From a virus (Duplodnaviria > Caudoviricetes): a stretch of 64,000 nucleotides of DNA. Below are positions 17,702-24,953 of this stretch, one piece after another. Numbering within the stretch: the first letter of the stretch is position 1; each line of letters starts with the position of its first letter. The position numbers and the translations under genes are program-made. Below the pieces are notes generated by a model. That model was given only the letters and a program-made list of their open reading frames with translations, searched no databases and was not told where the DNA came from. The stretch is taken from positions 1-64,000 of the IMG/VR virus record IMGVR_UViG_2974664081_000001, one strand, 5' to 3'.

Positions 17702-18748
17702 ATGACCGTAGAAAAAATGATTCACCGTTGCACCCCCCGAACAGCCAAGCGTCTGATCACCAAGATTCTTGCTGCCGGTCTGGTGCCGTTCATTCAATCC
17801 AGTCCGGGGATGGGCAAATCAGCCATCACCCGGCTGGTGGCCAAAGAGTTTCGTCTGAAACTGCTGGACCATCGTCTGTCCACCAGCGAACCAACGGACC
17901 TAACTGGGCTACCTTGGTTCAAGGATGGCTATGCCGCCTTCGCCCCATTCCGTGACCTGTTCCCGTTGGATGACCAGTCCCTGCCTGAAGGTTACGAAGG
18001 CTGGCTACTGTTCTTGGACGAGTTCAACTCGGCGCCCAAGTCGGTACAAGCCGCAGCCTACAAACTGATCCTCGACCGCATGGTCGGCCAGCATAACCTA
18101 CATCCCAACGTGGTCATCGTCGCCGCAGGCAACCTGTCCACTGACAGGGCCATCGTCAATGCCCTATCCACGGCCATGCAGTCCCGTCTGGTCCACATCG
18201 AAATGGTGTTGGACTTCAATGAGTGGCTGGAAGACGTGGCCATCACCGAAGGCTACGACCCACGAATCGTTGCCTTCCTGTCGCAGTATCCATCGAAGCT
18301 GATGGACTTCGACCCCAAGCATCAGGAGAAAACCTTCTGCTGCCCACGCACCTGGGAGTTCATGAACAAACTGGTCAAGAACGAACCGGTTATTCGGGAC
18401 GAAGATGCTCCGATGTATGCGGGCACCATCACCTCCGGGGTGGCCACCGAGTTCATCACCTACTCGAAGATTTTCGAGAAGCTGGTGAGTGTCGGGGAGA
18501 TCCTCAAGGATCCCGAGAAGGCCCGTCTGCCGGACGACACCGCATCCAAGTGGGCCACCATCGCCATCATGATGGAGCACATCAACGAGAAGAACTTCAA
18601 CGACTTGGCCACCTATGCCAACCGTTTCGACCTGTCCTTCCGTGTGCTGTTCTACCGGGCCACGATGGTGCGTCAACCTGACCTGCGTTCGCATCCCAAG
18701 TTCGCAGCTTCCATGGGCGAAATCGCCCGTTACCTCAGCGGAAACTGA
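17702..18748 (+). CDS. MoxR-like AAA ATPase (N4 gp24-like)
   Basis: SSPGMGKS, LFLDEFN, VAAGN, AMQSR, CPRTW. Confidence 0.9.
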   Translation: MTVEKMIHRCTPRTAKRLITKILAAGLVPFIQSSPGMGKSAITRLVAKEFRLKLLDHRLSTSEPTDLTGLPWFKDGYAAFAPFRDLFPLDDQSLPEGYEGWLLFLDEFNSAPKSVQAAAYKLILDRMVGQHNLHPNVVIVAAGNLSTDRAIVNALSTAMQSRLVHIEMVLDFNEWLEDVAITEGYDPRIVAFLSQYPSKLMDFDPKHQEKTFCCPRTWEFMNKLVKNEPVIRDEDAPMYAGTITSGVATEFITYSKIFEKLVSVGEILKDPEKARLPDDTASKWATIAIMMEHINEKNFNDLATYANRFDLSFRVLFYRATMVRQPDLRSHPKFAASMGEIARYLSGN

Positions 18749-18750
18749 TC

Positions 18751-18933
18751 ATGAACATCAAGCCGATCAATGAAAAGAAAGACGGTGACAGGCCTTACAT
18801 CGCTGGCTATCTGAACCAGAAGATTGGCTTGTATGCCAAAGACCTGTGGGCTGCCAAGCAGCTCGCTGTCACCCACTTCAAACCCAGCAAGAAAAATAGC
18901 GGCCTGCTCTGGGTAGAGTTGGCCGAGGAGTAA
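18751..18933 (+). CDS. Hypothetical protein
   Basis: 60-aa ORF filling the gap. Confidence 0.6.
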   Translation: MNIKPINEKKDGDRPYIAGYLNQKIGLYAKDLWAAKQLAVTHFKPSKKNSGLLWVELAEE

Positions 18934-18935
18934 TC

Positions 18936-20099
18936 ATGAGCGAATTGGATTACCAGCTGCTCCAGCGCGAGCTGGATCGGACCAAAGCCGAGGTGTTCCT
19001 CAACAACAGCACTGCTGGTTTCCTTGGCTCTGTCATGTGTTCGATGGAATTCATCTGGGATGAGACCATCCAAACCGCTTCAACTGATGGTCTACGCCTC
19101 TGGTGGAACCCCCATTGGTTCCTGTCCCTGACTCCGGCCAGTCGTAAGACCGTTCTGTACCACGAGATCTGGCACCCGGCCCGGCTGCACCTGATTCGTC
19201 GAGGTAGCCGAGACCACAAGATCTGGAACTATGCCTGCGACATTCGTATTAACAACGACTTGTTGCGGGAAGGTTTCACCTTTGAAGGCATCGAATGGGG
19301 TTGGATGGATCCTGAAATCGACAAGGGGCCGAAAGGCATCTTGGCGGAAGAAGAGATCTACGAGCTGCTGATGGCCAACCAGATGCAGCCTCCACCCCAA
19401 CCGACCGGTGGTAGTGGTCAACCGGGGGATGGCGATGTGGGTGACATGCGGGAACCAACAGAGCAAGAAATCCAACAGGTGGTGGCCAACGTAGTCATGG
19501 CCGTCCAGCAAGCCAAGCTGGCTGGCTGTGGTGGTGTGCCGGGTGTGACTCAACAAACTCTAGACAAGTTTCTGGAGTCCATCGTCCCGTGGGAAACCCT
19601 GTTGTGGCGGTTCTTTACCGACATGATGGACGAAGATTACAGCTGGAAGCGACCCAATCGACGCTACAGCGATATGTACATGCCATCCCGGCAGGAAGAT
19701 GATGGCAGGCTGGAACATCTGGCCTACTTCATCGACGTGTCAGGGTCCGTGTCTGATGCTGACGTGGTGCGTTGCAACAGCGAAATCCGCTACATCAAAG
19801 AGGAGCTGAAGCCCAAGAAGCTCAGCCTGTTCTTGTTCGACACCCGGATCACGAAAGAATATATCTTTGAGGAAGACGATCCTTTCGATAAGCTTGTCAT
19901 CGTTGGTCGGGGTGGGACCAGCTTTGAGCCGGTACGGGAGAAGATCAATGAGATCCAACCCACGGCAGCCGTCATTTTCTCCGACATGGATTGTCCTCCG
20001 ATGCAGCCGCTTGACTATGACATTCCAGTGATCTGGATCGCCGTCAATGCTCGCCGGAAGACAGTGCCATTCGGGGACATCATCTTCATCAGGAGCTGA
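18936..20099 (+). CDS. Metallopeptidase-like plus VWA domain protein (N4 gp25-like)
   Basis: HEIWH (HExxH), MIDAS DVSGS, GRGGT. Confidence 0.9.
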   Translation: MSELDYQLLQRELDRTKAEVFLNNSTAGFLGSVMCSMEFIWDETIQTASTDGLRLWWNPHWFLSLTPASRKTVLYHEIWHPARLHLIRRGSRDHKIWNYACDIRINNDLLREGFTFEGIEWGWMDPEIDKGPKGILAEEEIYELLMANQMQPPPQPTGGSGQPGDGDVGDMREPTEQEIQQVVANVVMAVQQAKLAGCGGVPGVTQQTLDKFLESIVPWETLLWRFFTDMMDEDYSWKRPNRRYSDMYMPSRQEDDGRLEHLAYFIDVSGSVSDADVVRCNSEIRYIKEELKPKKLSLFLFDTRITKEYIFEEDDPFDKLVIVGRGGTSFEPVREKINEIQPTAAVIFSDMDCPPMQPLDYDIPVIWIAVNARRKTVPFGDIIFIRS

Positions 20100-20103
20100 A
20101 CCA

Positions 20104-20604
20104 ATGGTAATCAACGGTCTGGAGCTGGTCGTCAAAGCCCCAATCCAAAACATGTCAGCGACTAAAAACGCCGACCATGGCACCAGCTGGGGTCTGTCTG
20201 AAGCTGGCTACGACATCCGCATCAAGCAGACCGTAAGCTTCCGTAAGTTCCTCGGCCTGTTCCCTCAAGTAAAAGTTGGGTGGGCAGGCAAGTGGAAGTT
20301 TGGGCGATTCGCCTTGGCTTCCGCTGAGGAGCTGTTCCAGATGCCAAACGACGTGCTTGGTATAGTCCATGACAAATCGACGTGGGCACGCCGAACACTG
20401 TCGGTCTTCAACACCGTCATTGAGCCGGGCTGGAAAGGCTATCTGACCTTGGAACTTGTCTTCCATGGCAGCAAGCCGGTTCACATTCCAGCCGGGTCCG
20501 GCATTGCTCAGGTCATTTTTCATGGCCTGTCCAACAGGGCGTCATACAACGGCAAGTACCAGAACCAAGAGGACCGACCGGTAGCGGCTCGGGAATCAGC
20601 ATGA
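20104..20604 (+). CDS. dcd: dCTP deaminase
   Basis: AGYDIRI, DKSTWAR, NTVIEPGWKGYLTLEL, YNGKYQNQ. Confidence 0.9.
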   Translation: MVINGLELVVKAPIQNMSATKNADHGTSWGLSEAGYDIRIKQTVSFRKFLGLFPQVKVGWAGKWKFGRFALASAEELFQMPNDVLGIVHDKSTWARRTLSVFNTVIEPGWKGYLTLELVFHGSKPVHIPAGSGIAQVIFHGLSNRASYNGKYQNQEDRPVAARESA

Positions 20605-20831
20605 ACCTGATAAACAAGTGCCAATGCTGTGGAAAAGACAACGGCTGGGCACTACTCGATCCTGAGTACGCCGATGTCTGTGGTGAATGTGAAGCAGATA
20701 CCTCCAATCCGATTGGATTTTTCGAGGGAAGGTATCAGCTAATGGCTACTTGCGGCTGTGGTGCAAAGGGTCCTGTGAATTACGGAAAGGACCAGTACTA
20801 CTGCGGCAAGGGTCCAAGCTGTTGCCCCTGA
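20601..20831 (+). CDS. Cys-rich micro-protein (10 Cys in 76 aa)
   Basis: CQCC, CGEC, CGCG, YYC...SCCP; ATGA overlap with dcd. Confidence 0.7.
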   Translation: MNLINKCQCCGKDNGWALLDPEYADVCGECEADTSNPIGFFEGRYQLMATCGCGAKGPVNYGKDQYYCGKGPSCCP

Positions 20832-20930
20832 GCTGTTGCTTGGGGGTAGCAGCCCTGAAGAACAACCCCGCCCCCGAGAGACAACTCGGTTATCAAACCC
20901 AATGCACCTGTGGTTTGGCTGACACGCAGG

Positions 20931-21065
20931 TTGCATTGGTGAAGCGTCTCAACCAGTGACGACTGGTAGGGAAAGCTCTCTGGGGCCTCAGCACGGTCTA
21001 ATGTTAAATCATTACCGGCTGGGGACTGCACGAAGATTGCCCGTTGAGACGCTTCACCAATGCAA
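20931..21065. repeat. Perfect 23-bp inverted repeat enclosing an 89-nt structured core
   Basis: TTGCATTGGTGAAGCGTCTCAAC (20931-20953) is the exact reverse complement of 21043-21065. Confidence 0.9.
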
Positions 21066-21089
21066 GTTGGAAAGAAGATTTTAATTTCT

Positions 21090-21188
21090 AGTCGGTAGTC
21101 CGTGCATGGGCACACCTCTGGCGTAGGCCACGCCTATTGAGGAACGGCAGCTTAGCGGCTGGTGGTTCGACTCCACATACCGGCTCCA
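21090..21188 (+). ncRNA. tRNA-like RNA with aberrant anticodon arm
   Basis: Acceptor (A)GTCGGTA/TACCGGC(T), encoded CCA, T-arm GTGG-TTCGACT-CCAC, variable-arm hairpin; no canonical 7-nt anticodon loop. Confidence 0.6.
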
Positions 21189-21242
21189 TTTTCTGATAGG
21201 TGGTCACTGCCTTCCCAGTGTCAATTAAAGGAGTTCAAACTC

Positions 21243-21680
21243 ATGCTCGGTTGGTTGAAGAAGAAAGCCAAAGTCACTGCCCGTGATGTGGCCAAGTTCG
21301 AAAAGAAAGACCTGATGGAAGCCACCGTCGGTATCGGTGTGCTGACCATGTGGGTCAGTGGTTCGGCTGAAGATGCTGAGCGTGAAAAACTCAACAAGAT
21401 CCTCGCCAACACCCCGGCCTTGGCCAACTTCGGCAGCGAAGTGCAGGGCACCCTGCAACGCTATGACACCATGTGCAAAGACATGGGCTTCATGGGCGCC
21501 AAGGTTCACATCATGCGCGAAATCAAGCAGTGCCAAGGCGACCAGCACGAGATGGAAGACGTTCTGGTCACCGGCCTGACCGTCGCTCTCTCCGATGGTG
21601 AGATGGACGAAAAAGAAGAGAAGCTGCTGCGTGAAGTGGCTTCCCTGTTCGGCCTACGTCTGGAAAACTTCCTGGCCTAA
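21243..21680 (+). CDS. TerB-like (tellurite-resistance family) protein
   Basis: AAGGAG RBS; GSAEDAEREKL and ALSDGEMDEKEEKLLREVASLFG resemble the paired TerB motifs. Confidence 0.75.
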   Translation: MLGWLKKKAKVTARDVAKFEKKDLMEATVGIGVLTMWVSGSAEDAEREKLNKILANTPALANFGSEVQGTLQRYDTMCKDMGFMGAKVHIMREIKQCQGDQHEMEDVLVTGLTVALSDGEMDEKEEKLLREVASLFGLRLENFLA

Positions 21681-21684
21681 GCCT

Positions 21685-21888
21685 ATGAAAGGTCTCCTGA
21701 AACTCATAGGCATCATAGTGCTGGGCCTGTCTGTATTCTTCGGCGGGATATCACTCTGGAACCGTTCGGTCTGCAAGATCTACGGTTGGCAGACTGAGCG
21801 TGAAACCAAATATGCAACCTTTGTGGGTTGCATGGTGGAACTCAACGGTAAGTGGTATCCCCGCAACGAATTGCGGATTGCCCAGTAA
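21685..21888 (+). CDS. Small membrane-anchored protein
   Basis: N-terminal TM then C..YG......KY....GCMV. Confidence 0.65.
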   Translation: MKGLLKLIGIIVLGLSVFFGGISLWNRSVCKIYGWQTERETKYATFVGCMVELNGKWYPRNELRIAQ

Positions 21889-21892
21889 AAGG

Positions 21893-21921
21893 AAATGGTG
21901 GCCTTCGGGTCACCATTTTTT
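21893..21921 (+). terminator. Rho-independent terminator
   Basis: AAATGGTGGCC-TTCG-GGTCACCATTT plus T run. Confidence 0.9.
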
Positions 21922-21933
21922 ATGGAGAATGTG

Positions 21934-22497
21934 ATGGGAAACGTGATCACCCTTCCTAGTTGGCTCAACGCCGTCAAAAAGGTCTACAACACCAAGACCG
22001 GAGGTGACATGACTCCGGTGGACGTGGCTCTGGCCTTTGCCCTGACCATCCGCCTGTACGGCACAGCTGATGCCCTGCGTAAGACAGCCCGGAACATCAC
22101 CGATAAAGTATGCCGTCAGCAGAAGCCGGGCATGAAGCGACTGTCCAAGGCCCCTGACGATGTGGTGTGGGAAGCCACCACCAAGATCGTCAACCGGGTC
22201 ACCGACATGCTGAAAATCTTCCCCGGCGAACAGATCCCCTTGGTTCCATTTGAGGAACCAAAGGAGCCTGAAGCCGACGAAGGCGAGATCCTTCGCTTGT
22301 TGGAGGAGATCGCCAACGAAGTGGCCAACCCCAAGAAGATCTGCGAGGAGGTCCTGTACCTTGCCGAGCAGCTTCCCCAACATCAACGAGCTGGGCTGTA
22401 CCTGATCGGAGGATCCAAGAATCCCCGAGCAGTGATCATGGCCATGCTCAGAACCAAGGAGGCAAAATCCATTGGCCGAAACAACGAACACGCTTGA
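21934..22497 (+). CDS. Hypothetical protein
   Basis: GGAG RBS, long ORF. Confidence 0.7.
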   Translation: MGNVITLPSWLNAVKKVYNTKTGGDMTPVDVALAFALTIRLYGTADALRKTARNITDKVCRQQKPGMKRLSKAPDDVVWEATTKIVNRVTDMLKIFPGEQIPLVPFEEPKEPEADEGEILRLLEEIANEVANPKKICEEVLYLAEQLPQHQRAGLYLIGGSKNPRAVIMAMLRTKEAKSIGRNNEHA

Positions 22498-22672
22498 AGA
22501 GCGTAACGAGAGCCAACGGAAGACCATCCTCAAACAAGTGGCTCGTATTCAGGAACTGGAGATCTGGGAGAAATTTGCCCGGTATCTCCTGAACAACTGC
22601 AACGGACAGACCGTGACTCCAGAAAATCTGGAAAAATGGCTGGAAGAGGCTCAACAACCAAGGAGAAAGTGA
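22472..22672 (+). CDS. Hypothetical protein
   Basis: TTG start with AGGAGG RBS. Confidence 0.6.
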   Translation: MAETTNTLEERNESQRKTILKQVARIQELEIWEKFARYLLNNCNGQTVTPENLEKWLEEAQQPRRK

Positions 22673-22917
22673 TGGATTACGCTGGAGTGGTTGCCGCATT
22701 TCTGATGGCATCTAGCTGCGACAACATCGACGGATGCAAAGAGATTGTGGTGGCACCATTCCACGGTCCTGCTGGATCCGAACTGTGTCAGCTGACTGCC
22801 CAAAACTTCAACCAAGTAAATGCCTACAAGAGAGTGACCGGTAACGACCGGCCCATCATCTTCGTGTGCAAGCCACCGGCTCAGGTGGCAACCAAAGGCC
22901 CCCGCACCAACCTGTAA
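22672..22917 (+). CDS. Hypothetical protein, hydrophobic N-terminus and 4 Cys
   Basis: AAGGAG RBS; TGATG coupling. Confidence 0.6.
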   Translation: MDYAGVVAAFLMASSCDNIDGCKEIVVAPFHGPAGSELCQLTAQNFNQVNAYKRVTGNDRPIIFVCKPPAQVATKGPRTNL

Positions 22918-22977
22918 AGGTTTCGTGGGGGTTAAACACCTCGTAGCAAACCCTTAATCTCAAAGGAAAATTTCCTC

Positions 22978-23310
22978 ATGTGTGAACGTTGCGTAGCAGA
23001 CTCGCTGGTGAACCTGAACAACAGCCAGGCTATTCTGAATCTGGCTAATGCTGCCCATACACTGGACAGCATCAATGCCGCCTCCGAGAAGAACACCGTT
23101 CTCCGTCGTCTGGATGCCATGGCCGAACTGCCGCGTAACAGCGGCGAAGCAGAAGCAGCTACTGCCCCGGCCCAAAGTGAAGACACCGGTCGTACCGGTG
23201 AAGCTCCTTCGGCCAACGCCGATGTAACCCTGTCCCAGCACGTTCGCCGTCTGGTCGAACTGGGCCAGGCACTGGGCTTCGAAGTGGAAGTCCACAGCAT
23301 CAAGTTGTAA
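22978..23310 (+). CDS. Hypothetical protein (N-terminal CxxC)
   Basis: 110 aa, AAGGA RBS. Confidence 0.7.
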   Translation: MCERCVADSLVNLNNSQAILNLANAAHTLDSINAASEKNTVLRRLDAMAELPRNSGEAEAATAPAQSEDTGRTGEAPSANADVTLSQHVRRLVELGQALGFEVEVHSIKL

Positions 23311-23379
23311 CTGCAACCTAAGTTTGGCATATTGCCAGCTCAGCCATAAAACCCCCTGAACCAAGAAGGATCACAGCCT

Positions 23380-23703
23380 ATGCGAATGTTCAGTCGTTTC
23401 CTCAGTTACATGGCCCTCGGCCTTGCCAGTTGCCTCGGTTTTGCCGGTATGGCACTGGCGGATGATGTCCGCCCCAGCCTGATCAACAGCCTGCGTCTGG
23501 CCGTCTCCAGCGTCGGTGAGTACGGTCACGATGTGGCCAAGTACAAAGCCGAGCAGATGTACATGCACGGCACCCCCAGTACGCGATTGTGTGCTGGTGC
23601 CAACCTGACTGCTGAATCGAATGGCTTCCGTCTGTCGGCAATGACCTCCAGCGGGGTGGCCGAGGGCAAGATCGGTGGTAGCATTCCTGCTACTTACATC
23701 TAA
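23380..23703 (+). CDS. Putative exported protein with Sec signal peptide
   Basis: [29 protein letters not shown]: basic N, hydrophobic core, AxA site. Confidence 0.7.
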   Translation: MRMFSRFLSYMALGLASCLGFAGMALADDVRPSLINSLRLAVSSVGEYGHDVAKYKAEQMYMHGTPSTRLCAGANLTAESNGFRLSAMTSSGVAEGKIGGSIPATYI

Positions 23704-23726
23704 AGCCTGCTGGCAAAGCGCCGTGA

Positions 23727-23755
23727 GAAAGCCCCTTTCGAGGGGCTTTTTCTTT
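23727..23755 (+). terminator. Rho-independent terminator
   Basis: AAAGCCCCT-TTCG-AGGGGCTTT plus T-rich tail. Confidence 0.9.
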
Positions 23756-23785
23756 GTTCTGAATTTCTCAATCAGGAGAGAAAAA

Positions 23786-24661
23786 ATGCATCAGTTTCAG
23801 GGACTTATCGAACGAGTCCTGTACACAGGTACGGACCGTGAGGATCGTACCGGGGTAGGCACTCGTTCGATCTTCGGTCACCAAATGCGCTTCAACCTGT
23901 CAGAAGGCTTCCCCATCTGTACCACCAAGCGGGTGCCCTTCAAGTCAGTACTGAGCGAACTCCTTTGGTTCATCTCCGGTTCCACCAATGTGAACGACCT
24001 CCGTGCCTTGCTGCATGGTGAAGAGTTTCGCCATGACTGGTCTAAAAAGACCATCTGGGATGACAATGCTGCGAACCAAGGGCAAGCACTGGGCTATGCA
24101 GACGGTGAGCTTGGTCCTGTTTACGGCAAACAATGGCGTCACTGGAGCAAAAACAACGGGGTAACTGACCTGTTGGGGGCCAAAGACACCATTGACCAAC
24201 TGCGTGATGTGATCAACCAGATTCGTCACAACCCTGACAGTCGTCGCCTCATCGTATCTGCATGGAATGTGGCCGAGCTGCCAGACATGGCTCTGCCCCC
24301 GTGCCACTGCCTGTTCCAGTTCTATGTCCGCGATGGGTATCTGGACTGCCAGTTGTACCAACGTTCGGCAGATCTGTTCCTCGGCGTACCCTTCAACATT
24401 GCCAGCTATGCCCTACTGGTTCATATGGTGGCTCAAGTATGCAGTCTCAGGCCGGGTGAGTTCATCTGGACGGGTGGGGACGTACACCTCTACAAAAACC
24501 ACTTCGATCAGGCTTTGGAGATCCTTAACCGGGAGCCTCTAAAGCTTCCAACTTTGGAGATCAATCCTGAGATCTCTGATATCGATCAGTTCACCATGAA
24601 TGACTTCGAGCTAATCGACTACAAATCTCATCCACCTGTACCAGCCCCAATGGCTGTGTAG
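23786..24661 (+). CDS. thyA: Thymidylate synthase ThyA
   Basis: [43 protein letters not shown]. Confidence 0.95.
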   Translation: MHQFQGLIERVLYTGTDREDRTGVGTRSIFGHQMRFNLSEGFPICTTKRVPFKSVLSELLWFISGSTNVNDLRALLHGEEFRHDWSKKTIWDDNAANQGQALGYADGELGPVYGKQWRHWSKNNGVTDLLGAKDTIDQLRDVINQIRHNPDSRRLIVSAWNVAELPDMALPPCHCLFQFYVRDGYLDCQLYQRSADLFLGVPFNIASYALLVHMVAQVCSLRPGEFIWTGGDVHLYKNHFDQALEILNREPLKLPTLEINPEISDIDQFTMNDFELIDYKSHPPVPAPMAV

Positions 24662-24734
24662 CGGGTTTTGTGGTTGTCGATCCCTGGAGTTCCGGGGATC
24701 GACTGAACATCCTATTTGAACCAAGGAGCTACAG

Positions 24735-24950
24735 ATGCCGGTTAAGTACAGGCTGCTGACTGACTCGAAGATCGAGGCAACGGCAAAGGCAGGAACATTC
24801 GCTTACGAATGCACCAAGCATGACTATGGCTGTGCCAACGATGACACCCGCATCACCGGGCGTAAACACGTCAGCCTCTCTCTGAAGGAGGACGGCGACT
24901 ACCCGTTCTTCACTCACGCCGAAGACGATCTCGAAGTGATCAAGGAGTAA
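24735..24950 (+). CDS. Hypothetical protein
   Basis: 71 aa, AAGGAG RBS. Confidence 0.7.
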   Translation: MPVKYRLLTDSKIEATAKAGTFAYECTKHDYGCANDDTRITGRKHVSLSLKEDGDYPFFTHAEDDLEVIKE

Positions 24951-24953
24951 GGC

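Noticed and set aside
20945-21036. Resemblance of the stalk core to a c-di-GMP-I (GEMM) riboswitch (AACC..GG, AAAGC, GGTCTAA)
   Set aside because: No GNRA tetraloop (GACG here), no GGCAAA 5' element, extra insertion. Only a cmsearch hit to the c-di-GMP-I model would revive it
20931-21065. Retron msr-msd or MITE interpretation of the 23-bp inverted repeat
   Set aside because: No reverse transcriptase or transposase in the window, no target-site duplication seen, single copy
20750-21115. Track ORFs 20750..20959 (+), 20739..20936 (-), 20798..21115 (-)
   Set aside because: No RBS, overlap a real gene, no protein-like features; better explained as non-coding structure
20104-24661. DNA base-modification pathway (dcd, thymidylate synthase homologue, MazG-like enzyme)
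   Set aside because: ThyA keeps dUMP-specific residues and no glycosyltransferase or similar modifier is visible; consistent with ordinary dTTP supply
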